Shown here: positions 38,400-50,910 of the stretch, piece by piece
Position numbering within the stretch: the stretch's first letter is position 1
Layout: every line of letters begins with the position of its first letter
NCBI GenBank assembly: GCA_013265495.1
Contig: MU058221.1
Coordinates: 2,418,001 to 2,482,000 of the forward strand
DNA from: Vicugna vicugna
Taxonomy: Eukaryota
Length of the DNA: 64,000 bases
Direction of reading: 5' to 3'
Made by a program: the position numbers and the translations under genes
Notes under the pieces: generated by a model
What the model saw: only the letters and a program-made list of their open reading frames with translations
The model's database searches: none
What the model was told of the DNA's origin: nothing

Positions 38400-39130
38400 A
38401 GGTGCGAATACTGTTTTCAGGCTTTCAGGGCCCTTGGCCTCCTTTTGCTAAAACGTTTGGAGTTTATGCCGAAGGCAGTGGAGAGCTCAGAACTGACATG
38501 CTTTAAGGATCCAGCTGAGACCGTGTGGAGAATGGAGCAGGCAAATGGAGATGTGGTAGGATGCTTTGTAATCATCCAGGGAGGAGACGGTGCTTGCCTG
38601 AATAGGGTTTTGGCATTAGGGATGGGGAGGCAAGGAGATGTGTAAGGAACAGAAGTGTAAGGTGCAGAGGTGGGTGCTTCCCAGATGACGTGTCAGGTGA
38701 AGAAGACAGGAAGAGGTCCTAATTTCAGAGTGGGACGAGCTGAGTCTGAGGGCACACTGGCAGCGTTAACAGTTTTCTGTAAGTGTCTGCAGCATGAGAG
38801 CGGGGTGAGGGGTGTAGCTATAGATCTGGAGCCCAACAGCACACCGTATGTAAGTCAGGCTGTTCGGGTCGTGGGGTTGATGAGACGGCCCAAGGAGAGA
38901 AAGGAGGAGAGCAGAGCCTGGAACTCTGGGAAGGAGCGGAACTTAGGGAGCAAGTGAGAAAGGGAACCTAAGACGGAAACCGAGACAGAACAGTCAGGTG
39001 CTGAGAGGAGAAAACAAGAAGGGGGGAGTCGCAAGGAAAAGAACTTGTCAGCAATGACGCATGGAGAGAGAGAGCAGATCCAACAGAATGGGAGGCGTCC
39101 AGCTGTTTGGGGATTTGGATGAGGACGTGG
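38400..39130 (-). mobile_element. L2 LINE fragment
   Basis: Purine-rich antisense-L2-like sequence (gtttggagtttat...ggcagtggagagc...ctgag.ccgtgtggagaatgga...gtaatcatccagg). Confidence 0.6.
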
Positions 39131-40893
39131 GAAAGAAGCCAGATGTGTTTTCAGAAAGCGTCTGCTGCTTAAAGCAAGGTCCATCCCTGTACAGGGGTGA
39201 CCTGCCAAAGTTTCTGTGTTGACTTTAATTACAGAAAGATTACCCTTGTGCAAATACACATAGGTCAACCTGTCTGTCTGTTTCTCTGCCAAGATCATTG
39301 TGACCTCGATTCTAATCTGCTTTATTTTGTTTTATTTTTAAAGAGGAGTGTTGAAAGTTAATCTGACAAGCCAGTTTGGTCATGCACAACTGCTTAGATT
39401 TATAGATCAATGGGTGGGTGGGGTGGATGGATGCATAGGTAGGTAGATAGATGGACCGATCAATCAATAGATAGACAGGCAGGAGCTATGAAACTGTTGG
39501 AGGCATGAGAGCTTTAGCTACTCCCTAGCAGTGCTGCTAACAGTTACCATCAAAGCAATTCTCAAATGTATTGAAAAATCCTGTCCTGGCACCGAGCTTT
39601 CAAGAACACCTTGAATGAAAGGTTCACCTGAAGTCAACATGGCAGCCTTGCAGAGACAGCACTGTTACCTCCCAGGAGTCAGCAAGGAAGCAGAACTCCT
39701 GCATCCTAGTCTCTGAGCGCAAAGCGTTCAGAGCTCGAGCCTCAGGTGTCATTTCTAAGAATCCGGTCCCCAGGCCTCGCTGTACGCTTGGTTGTTCCTG
39801 CAGTTGTGAGCAGTGTCTGTAAAACACCTGAGCCGGTCCACAGTGCTGAACACCAGTATTTTCAATGGTGGCTCGGCCATCGCGTTAGCTAACAAGCCTG
39901 CCATTTACCAGGGAAAGCCCGTGTCTACTGTTCGTCACAGGAAGCCCCTGGTGTTGACTGAGCTACGGCCAGAAGCACTGACTGTGCCCACCTCTGGTGT
40001 GTGAACTTCTGTCGGGAGTGCGCGTGACCGCTCTGAGTGGTTGGATTCCTGATTAAGGTGACAGGCCACCCTGTGAGTGGAGCTTAAACTAAAGGACATG
40101 TGCAAAATCTCACCGTCTTTGCGGAAGGGAATTCTAGAGTCAACGACACACTGTCGCCAGGAGTAAGGAAGCCTGACACTTCATCATCATGAAACACCAG
40201 CAACACCTTTGTGATGAACGAAATAATCGTTCGGAAAAATGACCTGTTTAACTGAAAACTGGCCTTTCAGGGTATTTTTGCCCACAGTTTTTTTTTTTTT
40301 TTGAGTTCTCTGTACAGCCAATATTCAGATCTCATTCTCACGTGAACTTTTTTTGTCGTAGCCCACCCAGCAACGGTAAAAACTGGGTGATTGTCAAATT
40401 GCCTGGAGTCGACCATCAAAAATATTTCACATCTGTGGTTGCACGAAGGAAAATGTTCTACTGCTCTGGGGTACCTGCAAATGACTTTAATCCATTCGTT
40501 TCTTCAGCTAACAACATGGGTAAAACTGCAGATGATAAGGAAAAACACTGAAAGATCAGGATGCTAGCATGGGTATTTAATATTATGTCTTTATTGTTTT
40601 TCTAATTGCAAAAATATCAGTATACCTATTATATAAAATTAAACTGTTACAGAAAAATGTAATCCTGGAAATGAATATCTTCAGTAATTCTGTTCCCAGA
40701 GGTAACTGTCATTAACTGCTTGCTGTGGTTTTGGGCGGAACTTTTCCCATGCAAGAATAAACACACATCAGTACATATTTTTAATAGGACCTTAAGCATG
40801 TATTTTGGTTCACAATTTTCAGACAGTGCATCCTGGCCATTTCTCCTCATCAGTGTGTACACATTGGTTTTTTGTGTTTTGTTTTGTTTTGAG

Positions 40894-41140
40894 TGGGGTT
40901 ACCAGGGTGGAGAGGAGGTGGGAAGGGATACATTGGGAGTTTGAGATTTGCAGATACTACTATATGTGAAATAGATAAACAACAGGTTTCTACTGTGTAG
41001 CACAGGGAACTCTATTCAATATCTTGTAGTGACCTATAATGAAAAGGAATATATGTATGTGTATATATGACTGAACTATTATGCTGTACTCCAGAAATTG
41101 ACACAACATTGTAAACTAGCTAGATTCCAATTAAACAAAA
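40894..41140 (+). mobile_element. L1 3' tail
   Basis: ggttaccaggg...ggaagggatacattgggagtttgagatttgcagatac...tagcacagggaact.tattcaatatcttgta...gaaattgacacaacattgtaaact. Confidence 0.9.
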
Positions 41141-41497
41141 GTTGGGGTGGAGTTGGAAGTGTGGGAAAGCTGAGACGTCGTGTTCTTCCCAATACCTCCT
41201 TTCATGGACTGTGGGAAACCTTCTCTCCCGCCTGCCTATCACTCTGGCTCTGCCCACAGGGCAGCGAACTGTTTGGGGCTTCAAGAGGAAAGAAGAGAAG
41301 AAGAAGGCTGTGGGTCTCTACCTGTGCCCCATCTTATGGGAAGAGGGGAAGGGCGGTCAGTACTGGGGAGAGAGTTCTTGCGGTGCCCGGAAGTGCGCAG
41401 GTCGTCGGGACAGCCTGTGTTAATTACACCAGTCTGGGGATTAATGCAAAGACCAAGCAGTCTACACTTAAAGGGGGCGCCCTCGGCGATCCAAGGC

Positions 41498-41755
41498 ATG
41501 CAGTATAACAGAGTGGTTGAGGGGGAGAGCTCTGGACTCAGAAGAGCTTGGAACTGAACTCTGAAATGATTAGCTCTGTGACCTCGAGCGAACCCCTTAC
41601 CCTCTGTTAGACTCAGTTCTCTGGCCTGTAAAATGGGGAGAGTAGGAGTATTTACTCACGGGGTTGTTGTGAGATTTCAAAGACATAATGCAGGCAAAGC
41701 CCCTTTGCCCCGGACCCGACACATAGTAAGGACTCGATGAGCAAAGCTATTAGCA
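41498..41755 (+). mobile_element. MIR SINE, near full length
   Basis: gcagtataacagagtggttga...gctctgga...tgtgacctcg...ctgtaaaatgggga...gggttgttgtgagattt...cacatagtaag. Confidence 0.85.
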
Positions 41756-43066
41756 TTCATTTGGCTTCCTTAGACATTCAACTTCCTTTCCCGTTGACGG
41801 AGTGAAAATATATTTAAGAGTACTTAGTGTCATTGAATTAATACTGCAATTTCTTTAATGCTTGGAATCATCTGAGGTATAGGATGATACTTAGCAGAAC
41901 TATTTAATTTTATCATTTAGTAGCAGATGATCACACACATTAAAACTTGAATTTAATATTATGTCGGATCATATGCTAAGGATCCACAACTGAAGTGTCA
42001 TCACCTCTGTATACCGCACATAGGATCTGGCTGCGGCAGTAGTTAATAGTGGAGATGGTGAGATCCATTCTCAGGAGCTCAAAGAAATACAACCAGATTG
42101 AACTTACACAACACCCTGCACCCTCGTATTCTGTGACAGTATAATTTTGAATACATCGTCTACAATGCCGTTTTTGATTCCAGTAATTCTGTGCAGTAAA
42201 CTTTGTTCAGTGTCCCAGTATTTCCCCACGATTCTGCCCAGAGAGAAAGGATTCAGCTGTATCCATTTAATGCAGCCAAATTATTGGGCACCTACTGGAC
42301 TTGAGGCACTGTATTATTAATGTTTTAATATAAAATATTTCTGGGGTATTTGGTGGTAGTTTTTAAGGAATTTTTATTTGATTGATTTGATTCAACCTCA
42401 CTGAGTCCCTCTAAGTTAGCTGGGCAAGAATCAGAATGTTTATTTTATGTTACATTTGTTTTAAGCATGTGAAGTCTGAGATGCGAGTCTGAGTCAAAAA
42501 GACTCACCAGCCAGCAGCCCACCCACATCCTTGATTGTGCCCGTTACATCGAAGAGTCGAAGCCTGTACTTTCCTCCTCTTCACTCGTTGTGTATTCTTA
42601 ATGCCTAGATTTAGAAGGAGGTTTGACTAACAGAAAATATCTCTACATAATAAGCACGAAGTTCATGACAAAGCCTTAATCTTTTAAGTGTCCATCAGCC
42701 TAGTTCTTATTTCTAGCCCTCTGGTTTCTTAACCAGTGCTGTTTTCATTTAACTCTTCTATTTTCTCTCCACTCAGTGTAACCCCTTCGAGATAGGTTTC
42801 TCTGTGCAACCTCATTTTTAATTACTTTGCATTTTATGTTATTTGTTTCCATTTTTAGGATATAACAGATGTATGTTTATCCCTTGCATTACAGTACATT
42901 AAGTTGAAACAAAACAAAGCAACAACCACCGAAAAACCAGCCAACCAACAAAAAGAAAGTCTCCAAAACTGCATCGCTTTAATACCTTGCCTTTGTTCTG
43001 ACTGCTGAAGGTACATGCTGCGGTCTTTTTTGTAAAAGTAATCTTTGTAAAAGTTCATCATTTAAA

Positions 43067-43372
<306 letters not shown>

Positions 43373-43529
43373 TGCTGATCATTTAAATAAGTTCCTTTTC
43401 CTTTTCCTCTAGCATCAAGACAGTAAGGCGTAAGTCTATGCCTGATACCTGGAAAAAAATTTCACTGTACTGCTGTCTTCTTAGCCTCTTGGTATCATAT
43501 TATGTATTTTTCACACATTCAAGAGGTCT

Positions 43530-43665
43530 ACCATATATATACATACATATATATGGTGTATATATAATATATATGAAATTGTATACATATGGTTAATCAT
43601 TATATGTAATATTATATATATTATATATTATATTAGAGATGCTAAGATAAATAGTAATATAAAAA

Positions 43666-43697
<32 letters not shown>
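43530..43697 (+). repeat. AT-rich low-complexity (TA)n-like tract followed by (CA)n (43668-43697)
   Basis: Directly visible. Confidence 0.9.
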
Positions 43698-43700
<3 letters not shown>

Positions 43701-44309
43701 ATTAATCAGCTTTCAAATGGCACCCACCATTTTTCCCTCCTTGGGACGTCACCCATGTTTCTGGGCACGGCTGTCACGGCCTCCAGTGATTTCTATCATG
43801 TTTGCTGCATCTCCTGGGCCTCCTGCTGCTGAATGCTGGATCTCACCACGTAGGTGCTGAAGCCCATCTGTGAACTCCTCTCATCAGAGGTAGAAAGTAG
43901 TGTGAATCTTCATGTTTGCACGTTTTCTGTACGAGAACCTCAGTGTTGGTACCTTAAAGCTTTGTTAGCAACAACGTCTCTTGCCGTTCGTTTTTCCGGA
44001 AGCCCACCAGGTCCCTACAGCTGCGAATCAAGCTCATGGGGTCTGAACCCTCACTGAGTGGAGTGACTGCTCTCTTTCAAGGACTAAGGCTCTCTCGCTG
44101 TGACTGGGTGGTCTGCCCAGAGCCCCTCCCTCCACATGGGCTCTCTCCAAGGCGCCTCTCTCCAGTCCCTTTTGCGCAGAGACCGCTGTGGTGGCCTCCC
44201 GCACCACCCTGTCAGGAACGCCCAGCATGACAGAATTCTACCAGCTCTCACCCAAGCTGAGGTGTCTTCAAGACATCAGAAAAAAAAAAATCCTTGTCTC
44301 AGGTTATTT

Positions 44310-44690
44310 CCGTCCAGTAGAGGAACAAAATAGGTACATAAGTGAGTGCAACACGAGGTAGATAAATGCTCTGAGAGAGCTGGAGAGGTATGTCCATTCT
44401 CTCTTGATTTTCAAAGGTCAGAGATTATGGCCATCTTGGATGGAGGATCAGAGGGTCTGTCACTGAGACGGGCAAAGTGCCCTTTAAAAGATGGGTGTGA
44501 GTTAGATACGTGTAAGTATGAGGAGATGCACGTGCCTGTTAAAAGAACTGTGTTAGCTGGAAGTTACATGTGAACGTTGTCTTGGATCCTGAAAGGAGAG
44601 AAGTCAAAGAAGGTTGACCACTGGGGTGGGAGGTGCATCCTGGAAGGCCCTCAGTGTCTGGTTAGGGAGTTTGAACTGTGTTTTGTAAGC
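44310..44690 (-). mobile_element. L2 fragment
   Basis: ataaatgctctgagagagc...tcctggaaggccctcagtgtctggttagggagtttgaact is antisense-L2-like. Confidence 0.5.
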
Positions 44691-45236
44691 CTGTGTTTTC
44701 TTAAGCATTTTTTAAAACCTCTGCACCTTTTATTAAAGTAAAATGAAATAAAAATAAACACATCTCGCCTTTGTAATGCAGCTTAAGAGCATGGCCATCT
44801 TAGCTGAGTCTTTTCTTGGAAGGTTTTCAGACCAGGCATGACGGCATTGCTAGATCCAGGCCTCCCTCCCTTACCTCTCCTTCCAGCCCCTTCACAGAAG
44901 GGGCGCTTGGGGAGGAGAAGGCCCCTTGACGCCCTGACCCCGCAAACACACACAGCGTACGTAACGCTTGCAGCTTTTGCTCTGCCGACGACTTTTCAAG
45001 ACAAGTCCTCTGATCTGCATCAATCTTCCCATGAAGATCCCGCAAAGGAAATCTCAGTTAAAACTATGATCTTGCTATGCGAGCGTTGTTTCAGAACATG
45101 TTACTTGGGGCCCCCACCCCCACCCCTACTTGCCTCTCTTCAACTTAACTCCTACCTCTGAGCCCTATAGGGAAAACTCTGGAGCTTCTGTGGGCTTTAG
45201 AAAAGGGCTCTTAATGGTTTTAAAAATAGAATGATG

Positions 45237-45345
45237 CTGCATTTCATCAAATCTAAGGAACATCAATTGTAAGATGTTCTATTATCTTATGAAGAAAGAT
45301 AAAACATATTGCCTGTAAGTATTATAAGGCATCACTGATTATAAT
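45237..45345. mobile_element. Possible Kanga-like (TcMar-Tc2) terminal fragment
   Basis: gcatttcatcaaatctaag..acatcaattgtaagatg resembles a recalled Kanga terminus. Confidence 0.4.
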
Positions 45346-46139
45346 GTCTCCTCTTTCCTCTCCCCCACCTTACTGACTGTTCGTTTTTTTAGGGTTTCAT
45401 TGTTTTTAGGGATGCTCGGTCTTAGATTGCCCACCAGAGCGTTCTGTTTAGCACGCACGCTTCCCCATCAGCGTAGGAGGCGCTGACACTTTGGCTCTTT
45501 GCTCAGGGCTCCAGTCTGCTTTCTCCTGCCATTGAGGCATGTAGGGTGGAGCTGGTATGGGGACCTCAGGCCAGCTTGCAGGTTGGACAGGAGTTTCTCA
45601 CCACGCTCCCCCGCAGCTGGGGCTTACAGCTCTGCTCCGCTTCACGGGAGCACTATATCCCAGCAACGGCTGAGTGGAAGGTGACTATTAGCCATTCCAG
45701 CGACTGTTAGAACATGCAGGCTGAGTGTGCATCCCCTCCTTCATAAGCCGCTCATTCCTGCGAGGCTAGTTTCCTGGCATTCAGCTTGCTTTCTTCCATC
45801 TGGACCTCTTCCCCTGAATCAACAAAAATTTCATGAAAGAAGGGAGAAACGGATCAGACACTGGGCTAGTGGGGTCTGATTCTCCTCGTCCTAGACGTCT
45901 TCTAGACCTCCCGAGCAATCGAGTGGATGAAATAAAGGGGGAAGTGGTGTCAGACAGCTGAAGTGCATTCAGATTGATGGTCAAAATGTGTGCAAGACCA
46001 GTCCTTCTGCTGGATCGCTAGTCATAGGATTTTATATCCTGGAGTTTAATCACGCAGGTTCAATCACCGCTAGTTGTCTGGCTTTAAATTGAAGGTTTCC
46101 TTTTTATCTAAATTGCCTTATAATAAAACCAGTGCTTTT

Positions 46140-46302
46140 TTAAATTTTAATTTTTATTGAAGTGTAGTTGATTTACAGTGTTAGTTCGAGGTACACAGCC
46201 AAGTGATTCAGTTTTACATATACATGTGTATATATATAATTTTTTTTTCAGATTCTTTTCCCAGTATAACCCGTCACAAGAAATTGAATATAGTTCCCTG
46301 GA
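46140..46302 (-). mobile_element. Short L1 3' tail
   Basis: ttttattgaagtgtagttgatttaca...ggtacacagc.aagtgattcagtt...ttgaatatagttccctg. Confidence 0.85.
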
Positions 46303-47075
46303 ACAAGTCCACTCCCAGAGCTCCGTCCTAATCATGGCTTCTGCTCTGAAAAAAAACTTTAAACGTTTTCCTAAACAGTGGAAAAGGAGGACGCAGAGGC
46401 CGTTTGCCCAGCTTTGTTCCTTTTAATCAAAGCCGCTAACACAAGTCACACTTCGTGGGGAGAAATCTCATTTGTGTCTCTGGGCACTGCTTTGGGGTTT
46501 GGAATTTAGGCTTCTTAAGATTTATGACTGACTGATGCTTTAAAATCGGTTGTTTCTAGCTGCAAATCATGAAATCAGTACTGAGTTGGCGATAAAAAAT
46601 GAAGGTTTTATGGTAAGTGGTTTAAGAAAAATGCAGAATATGAGTCCTTTGCGATGTAGATGTTTTATAGCAGCAATTCCCTATTTTTAATTTTTTGGGA
46701 AAAAAATTCTCCATTGCTATGGAAGGAAAACATCTTGGAGTAACTTCAATGAAAACAGCTACGTATATAGAATAACATATAATGGCCCTGTCAGACTTAC
46801 TTTCCCACTAACTGAGACATAAATCTAGGATGGTAATTTTTTTCCCTGCAGAATTAGATTTTATTAAAACAGTTACTTTGTATCCCATCCAGCTATGAGT
46901 CAAAGCAATGGGATCCTAGAGAAATGAAATGTGTTGATCCCAGTGCAAGCTAGGGCAGAATCAATTTCAATTTCCTTTGGCTGTACTGTTAGTGTTTATC
47001 TGATGGTGGATTCCTGTTGTTTTTAAGTAATAGCTCTAACAACAAAAAAAAATACTGATTAGATTCTAAGAATCA

Positions 47076-47541
47076 TTTTTTTTTATTGAAGTATGGTCGG
47101 TTTACAATGCTGTGTTAATTTCTGGTGTAGAGCCTAGTGATTCATTTATGCACATAAATATATTCCTTTCCATATTCTTTTACATTAAGAGACCATTACA
47201 AGGTATTGAATATACTTCCCTGTGCTGTGTAATAGGACCTTGTTGTTCATCTATTTTATATGTAGTAGTTTGTATCTACAAATCCTGAACTCCCAATTTT
47301 TTCCTCCCTCTGCCCTTCCCCTCTGATAACTGTTAAGTTTGCTTTCTGTGTCTGTGAGTCTGTCTCTGTTTTGTAAATCAGTTTATTTGTCTATTTTGTG
47401 TTTTTTTTTCAGATTCCACATATAAATGATATCATATATTTTTCTTTCTCTTTCTGGCTTAATTCACTTAGTATGACAATCTCCAGTTCCATCCATGTTG
47501 CTGCAAATGCTGCATGTCTTTCTATGGCTGAGCAATATTCC

Positions 47542-47598
<57 letters not shown>

Positions 47599-47992
47599 AA
47601 CACAGCTTCTTTATCCAGTCATCTGTCGATGGACATTTAGGTGGCTATTCCATGTCTTGGCTGTTGTAAATAGTGCTGTTATGAACATTGGGGTGCATGT
47701 ACCTTTTCAAATTAGAGTTCCCTCTGGATATATGCCCAGGAGTGGGATTGCTGGATCACAGGGTAAGTCTATTTTTAGTTTCTTTAAGGAAACTCCTTAC
47801 TGTGTTCCACAGCGGCCGCATCAATCTGCTTTCCTACCAATGTGTAGGAGGGCTCTCTTTTTCTCTGTAGCCTCTCCAGGATTTATTGTTTGTGGACTTT
47901 TTAACGATGCCCATTCTGACTGGTGTGAGGTGGTAGATACCTCATTGTAATTTTGATTTGCATTTCTCTGATAATTAGGCATACTGAGCACG
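47076..47992 (-). mobile_element. 5'-truncated L1 (~0.9 kb)
   Basis: poly-T plus L1 3'UTR/ORF2 end (agattccacatataaatgatatcata...atgaacattggggtgcatgt...atatgcccaggagtgggattgctggatca...ttttgatttgcatttctctgataatta). Confidence 0.95.
47544..47596 (+). repeat. (TG)n microsatellite within L1
   Basis: Directly visible. Confidence 0.98.
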
Positions 47993-49288
47993 TTCGATCC
48001 ATTCTTGATCTCAATTCAGAAAATGTGTTATTAACCTTTTCCTGTATAATGATTTTTTTCTCTATCGTGGTATTTAATTGATCATTCCCAGCATTAAGCC
48101 CTTCAAAAACCTGATTTTTTTTCCTCTGCCATCCATCGTTAGATGAGGATTGAGATATTCCATCCTTATGATCACTTTCAGTGGCTTCAGCTTGTGGGAG
48201 CGTGTGTTCCCTGGAACACGCCTAGATTGCAGGTTAAAGCCAAACAGCTCCTTTGAGTAATTACAGTTGTTCTTTCCTGATTGGATGAATGAAGAACTAT
48301 GACTTCATGACAAAGGGAAAAGGGCGTGGTTGGAATAGAACGCGCTGGAGGAGGTCGCAGCCCACGATGAGCACTTATGGAGGTCCGAGGTCCCACGGCA
48401 GCCCGGAAGCTTGGGGTGCTGCTGTTCAGATGTGTTTGTAGTGGCAGACGCTGCTGGCCCAGGTGGCGCACAGTGTCCCTGACAGTTTACAGGACCTCTG
48501 CGTGTAATTTTGTGCATCCTGCCCGATCCAGCTCAACGGGGGTACCGTTCACATACGCTCTGGTTAGAACGGTCCTCCTGGGATGATGCAGTGCACCTCG
48601 CGCACAGTGGTAGACAGCGGACATGCTGCCTCCTGCCTTAGTTTTCAGTCTCTCTCCACCCAGCTTTCTCCCCTGGGTTTGAGTGGCCCGGACTGACAAA
48701 ATTGCCCAGAGATGCTGCATGACACTGGTGACCGAGGTGACCTGACATCACGTAAATGACTAAAATATGTGGTCAAAACACGTCCACTTCCTTCTCACAT
48801 CCCACCCCACCCCTCTCCCTGGACGCCTCACTTCCCGACTCGTCTCCATGTTGAAGAACATTTCTTCTCCTGCTCCGCCCCAAGCCCCACTCCACTTCAC
48901 CTTTATTTCATTTAAAAATCAACCCTGGAAAATTCCGGCTTGCAGAAGTGAGTGTATATTATCACGGGTGCTAAACCGGGCTGGGAACAGCTTCAGGAGA
49001 TACCATGTGACATGCATGCACAGGGTGACACGTCACACATCACCCGTTTTTAGGATGACATGAAGACGGGTCGTTCACCCCACACCTCCTCTTAAGGATT
49101 CCTTTATTATTTCTTGGTGCCGAGTCAGTACAAGTTAGTTGGATTTCACAGCTCTGGGTGAATTGTCATAGGCCTGTGTTTTTAAGAAGGGACACTTTTG
49201 GGCATTAATTATCAAAATAATAAGCATGACTATTTTTCTGAATGCTTGCCAGGTCAGGTGCTGAACGATGAATTTGGTTTTGTTTCCA

Positions 49289-49380
49289 TTTTTTTTAAAT
49301 TGAAGTATAGTGAGTTTACAGTATTGCGTCAGCTTCTGGTGGACAACATTGTGTTTCAGTCACACGTCTGCCTGCACACA
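49289..49380 (-). mobile_element. Short L1 3' tail
   Basis: ttttttttaaattgaagtatagtgagtttacagtattgcgtcagcttctggtg. Confidence 0.7.
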
Positions 49381-50877
49381 GAGTGATCAATTTTTAATAT
49401 ATCTTCTGACGTTAGTTTTTCCTCATGGGGTACCATCCAGGGGACAATATCATCTTCATTTTATAAATGAACCCCTGGAAGCTTGTCCAAGTTTGGTCTG
49501 ACTCCTAAGTTCAGGAGCGTTTGTCTCCTACTGCGATGCTCTGCCCCCCCGCCCAAGGACATTCGCAGGCACTGACTCCTGCTATCAGATAATTACCCTT
49601 CGCAGCACAAGCACACTCAGGAGCTGATTCTTGACTTTGCTGATGGCTCTCTGCATCCCCGGATGTGAGCCCAAGTTCTGCCATCGGTGCTGATTATCCA
49701 TGAACGCTGCCGCGGCCCTGGTCACGCAGGCGGGCAGCCTCTCCCACGTGCAGCTCACCCACAGTGGTTCCGCTCCCCTGGACCCCAGATGCGGACGGGG
49801 TTGATGGATGAAGAAGCAGAGTGAAGACGACATTTATGACTTGTCTGAGAGAACCAAGAAAGCCGTGGATGTTTGGCCGCTTACTGATTATGTAAACACA
49901 AAATCCCAAACATAGAGCGTCTGTTCCAGGACCCCCGTGGAGAAGAACTCCATGCTTTATTCAATTATGAAATTATTGTGTGGCTCAGATACTGGGAATC
50001 TTGAAAAACTTTGAGAAAAGGAAGTTGCCTGGGGAGTCCCCTGTCCCCCCCCCAAATATGCTCTTTGGTGTGGAGTTGGTGGCTCGGTGGTTCGTGCACA
50101 GAGCATTGTGCGTTTGGCCGCAGAGTGGGCCAAGCTGCTTTTCTGTCACATTCCTGACAGTGTGGCCTCAGGGCGTAGGCTTTGCTCAAGATCATTTGAG
50201 GCCCCAGAGCGAGAGCTGATGGCGACACGCCAGGCAAGGAGGGGGCTGCTAGAGGCCTGAGCGCTTCCTGCACGGCCGGCTCCCACTCCGCAGGGGCCAA
50301 GAGCTGGCGTTGGCATGGAGGTGCAGTGTCCCCAGGACTTAATGGCTGTAAGAACCAGCCTCAGAAGCAGTTAATTAGAAGCCCTTGAGTCTTGATAGGT
50401 ATTGTTACAGACCGCTGTGCCTTTTCATTACGAAGCTGGGAAAGGGCTGCACAGGGGGAGGCATGGGAGATGCTTTGCAGGCAGACGCAGACGAGACCCC
50501 GCCGGCAGTGCCAGGAGGGAGGCCTCCGCAGAAGGAGATTCGCTCCGGGAAAATTCCGAGACTCCCATGAGCCCCAGGCTCTTGAGAAATAAGGACTTCC
50601 GGGCAAGTCGCTTGGCTCGGTTTTAAGAAAACGAGCCACTTAACTTACAGACCAGGTGCAGGGACTGACATCTGAGTTAAGAAGCACTTCAGCTCTGGAA
50701 GAGAAATAGGGAGACGGAAGTGGGGGTGGCGGGGCCGGGGGTGGGGAGGAACATAGTCGTCAGGGAAAGTGAAACGAGCCTCTGAGGCCACAAGGCAGGA
50801 ATGCAGCAGAAACGTGCAGAATCTCCAGGACCCACCCGGGGGAGTTCACCCCCCAGCCACGAATTGCAGGACTTAGT

Positions 50878-50910
50878 CCTGGCCCCCTAGTGGCAGAAGG
50901 GGGAACAGCA
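50878..50910 (-). promoter_or_regulatory. CTCF site with core and upstream module
   Basis: Minus strand TGCTGTTCC-cccttctg-CCACTAGGGGGCCA; core fits the consensus and the upstream module sits at the canonical offset. Confidence 0.7.

Noticed and set aside
40211..40255. GTGATGA...CTGA resembling a C/D box snoRNA
   Set aside because: Only ~45 nt from box C to box D, negligible terminal stem, no recognisable guide sequence
47398..47950. ORFs with CV/TH dipeptide repeats (also 21652-21987 and 13752-14216)
   Set aside because: Translation artefacts of (CA/TG)n microsatellites inside L1 or LTR sequence
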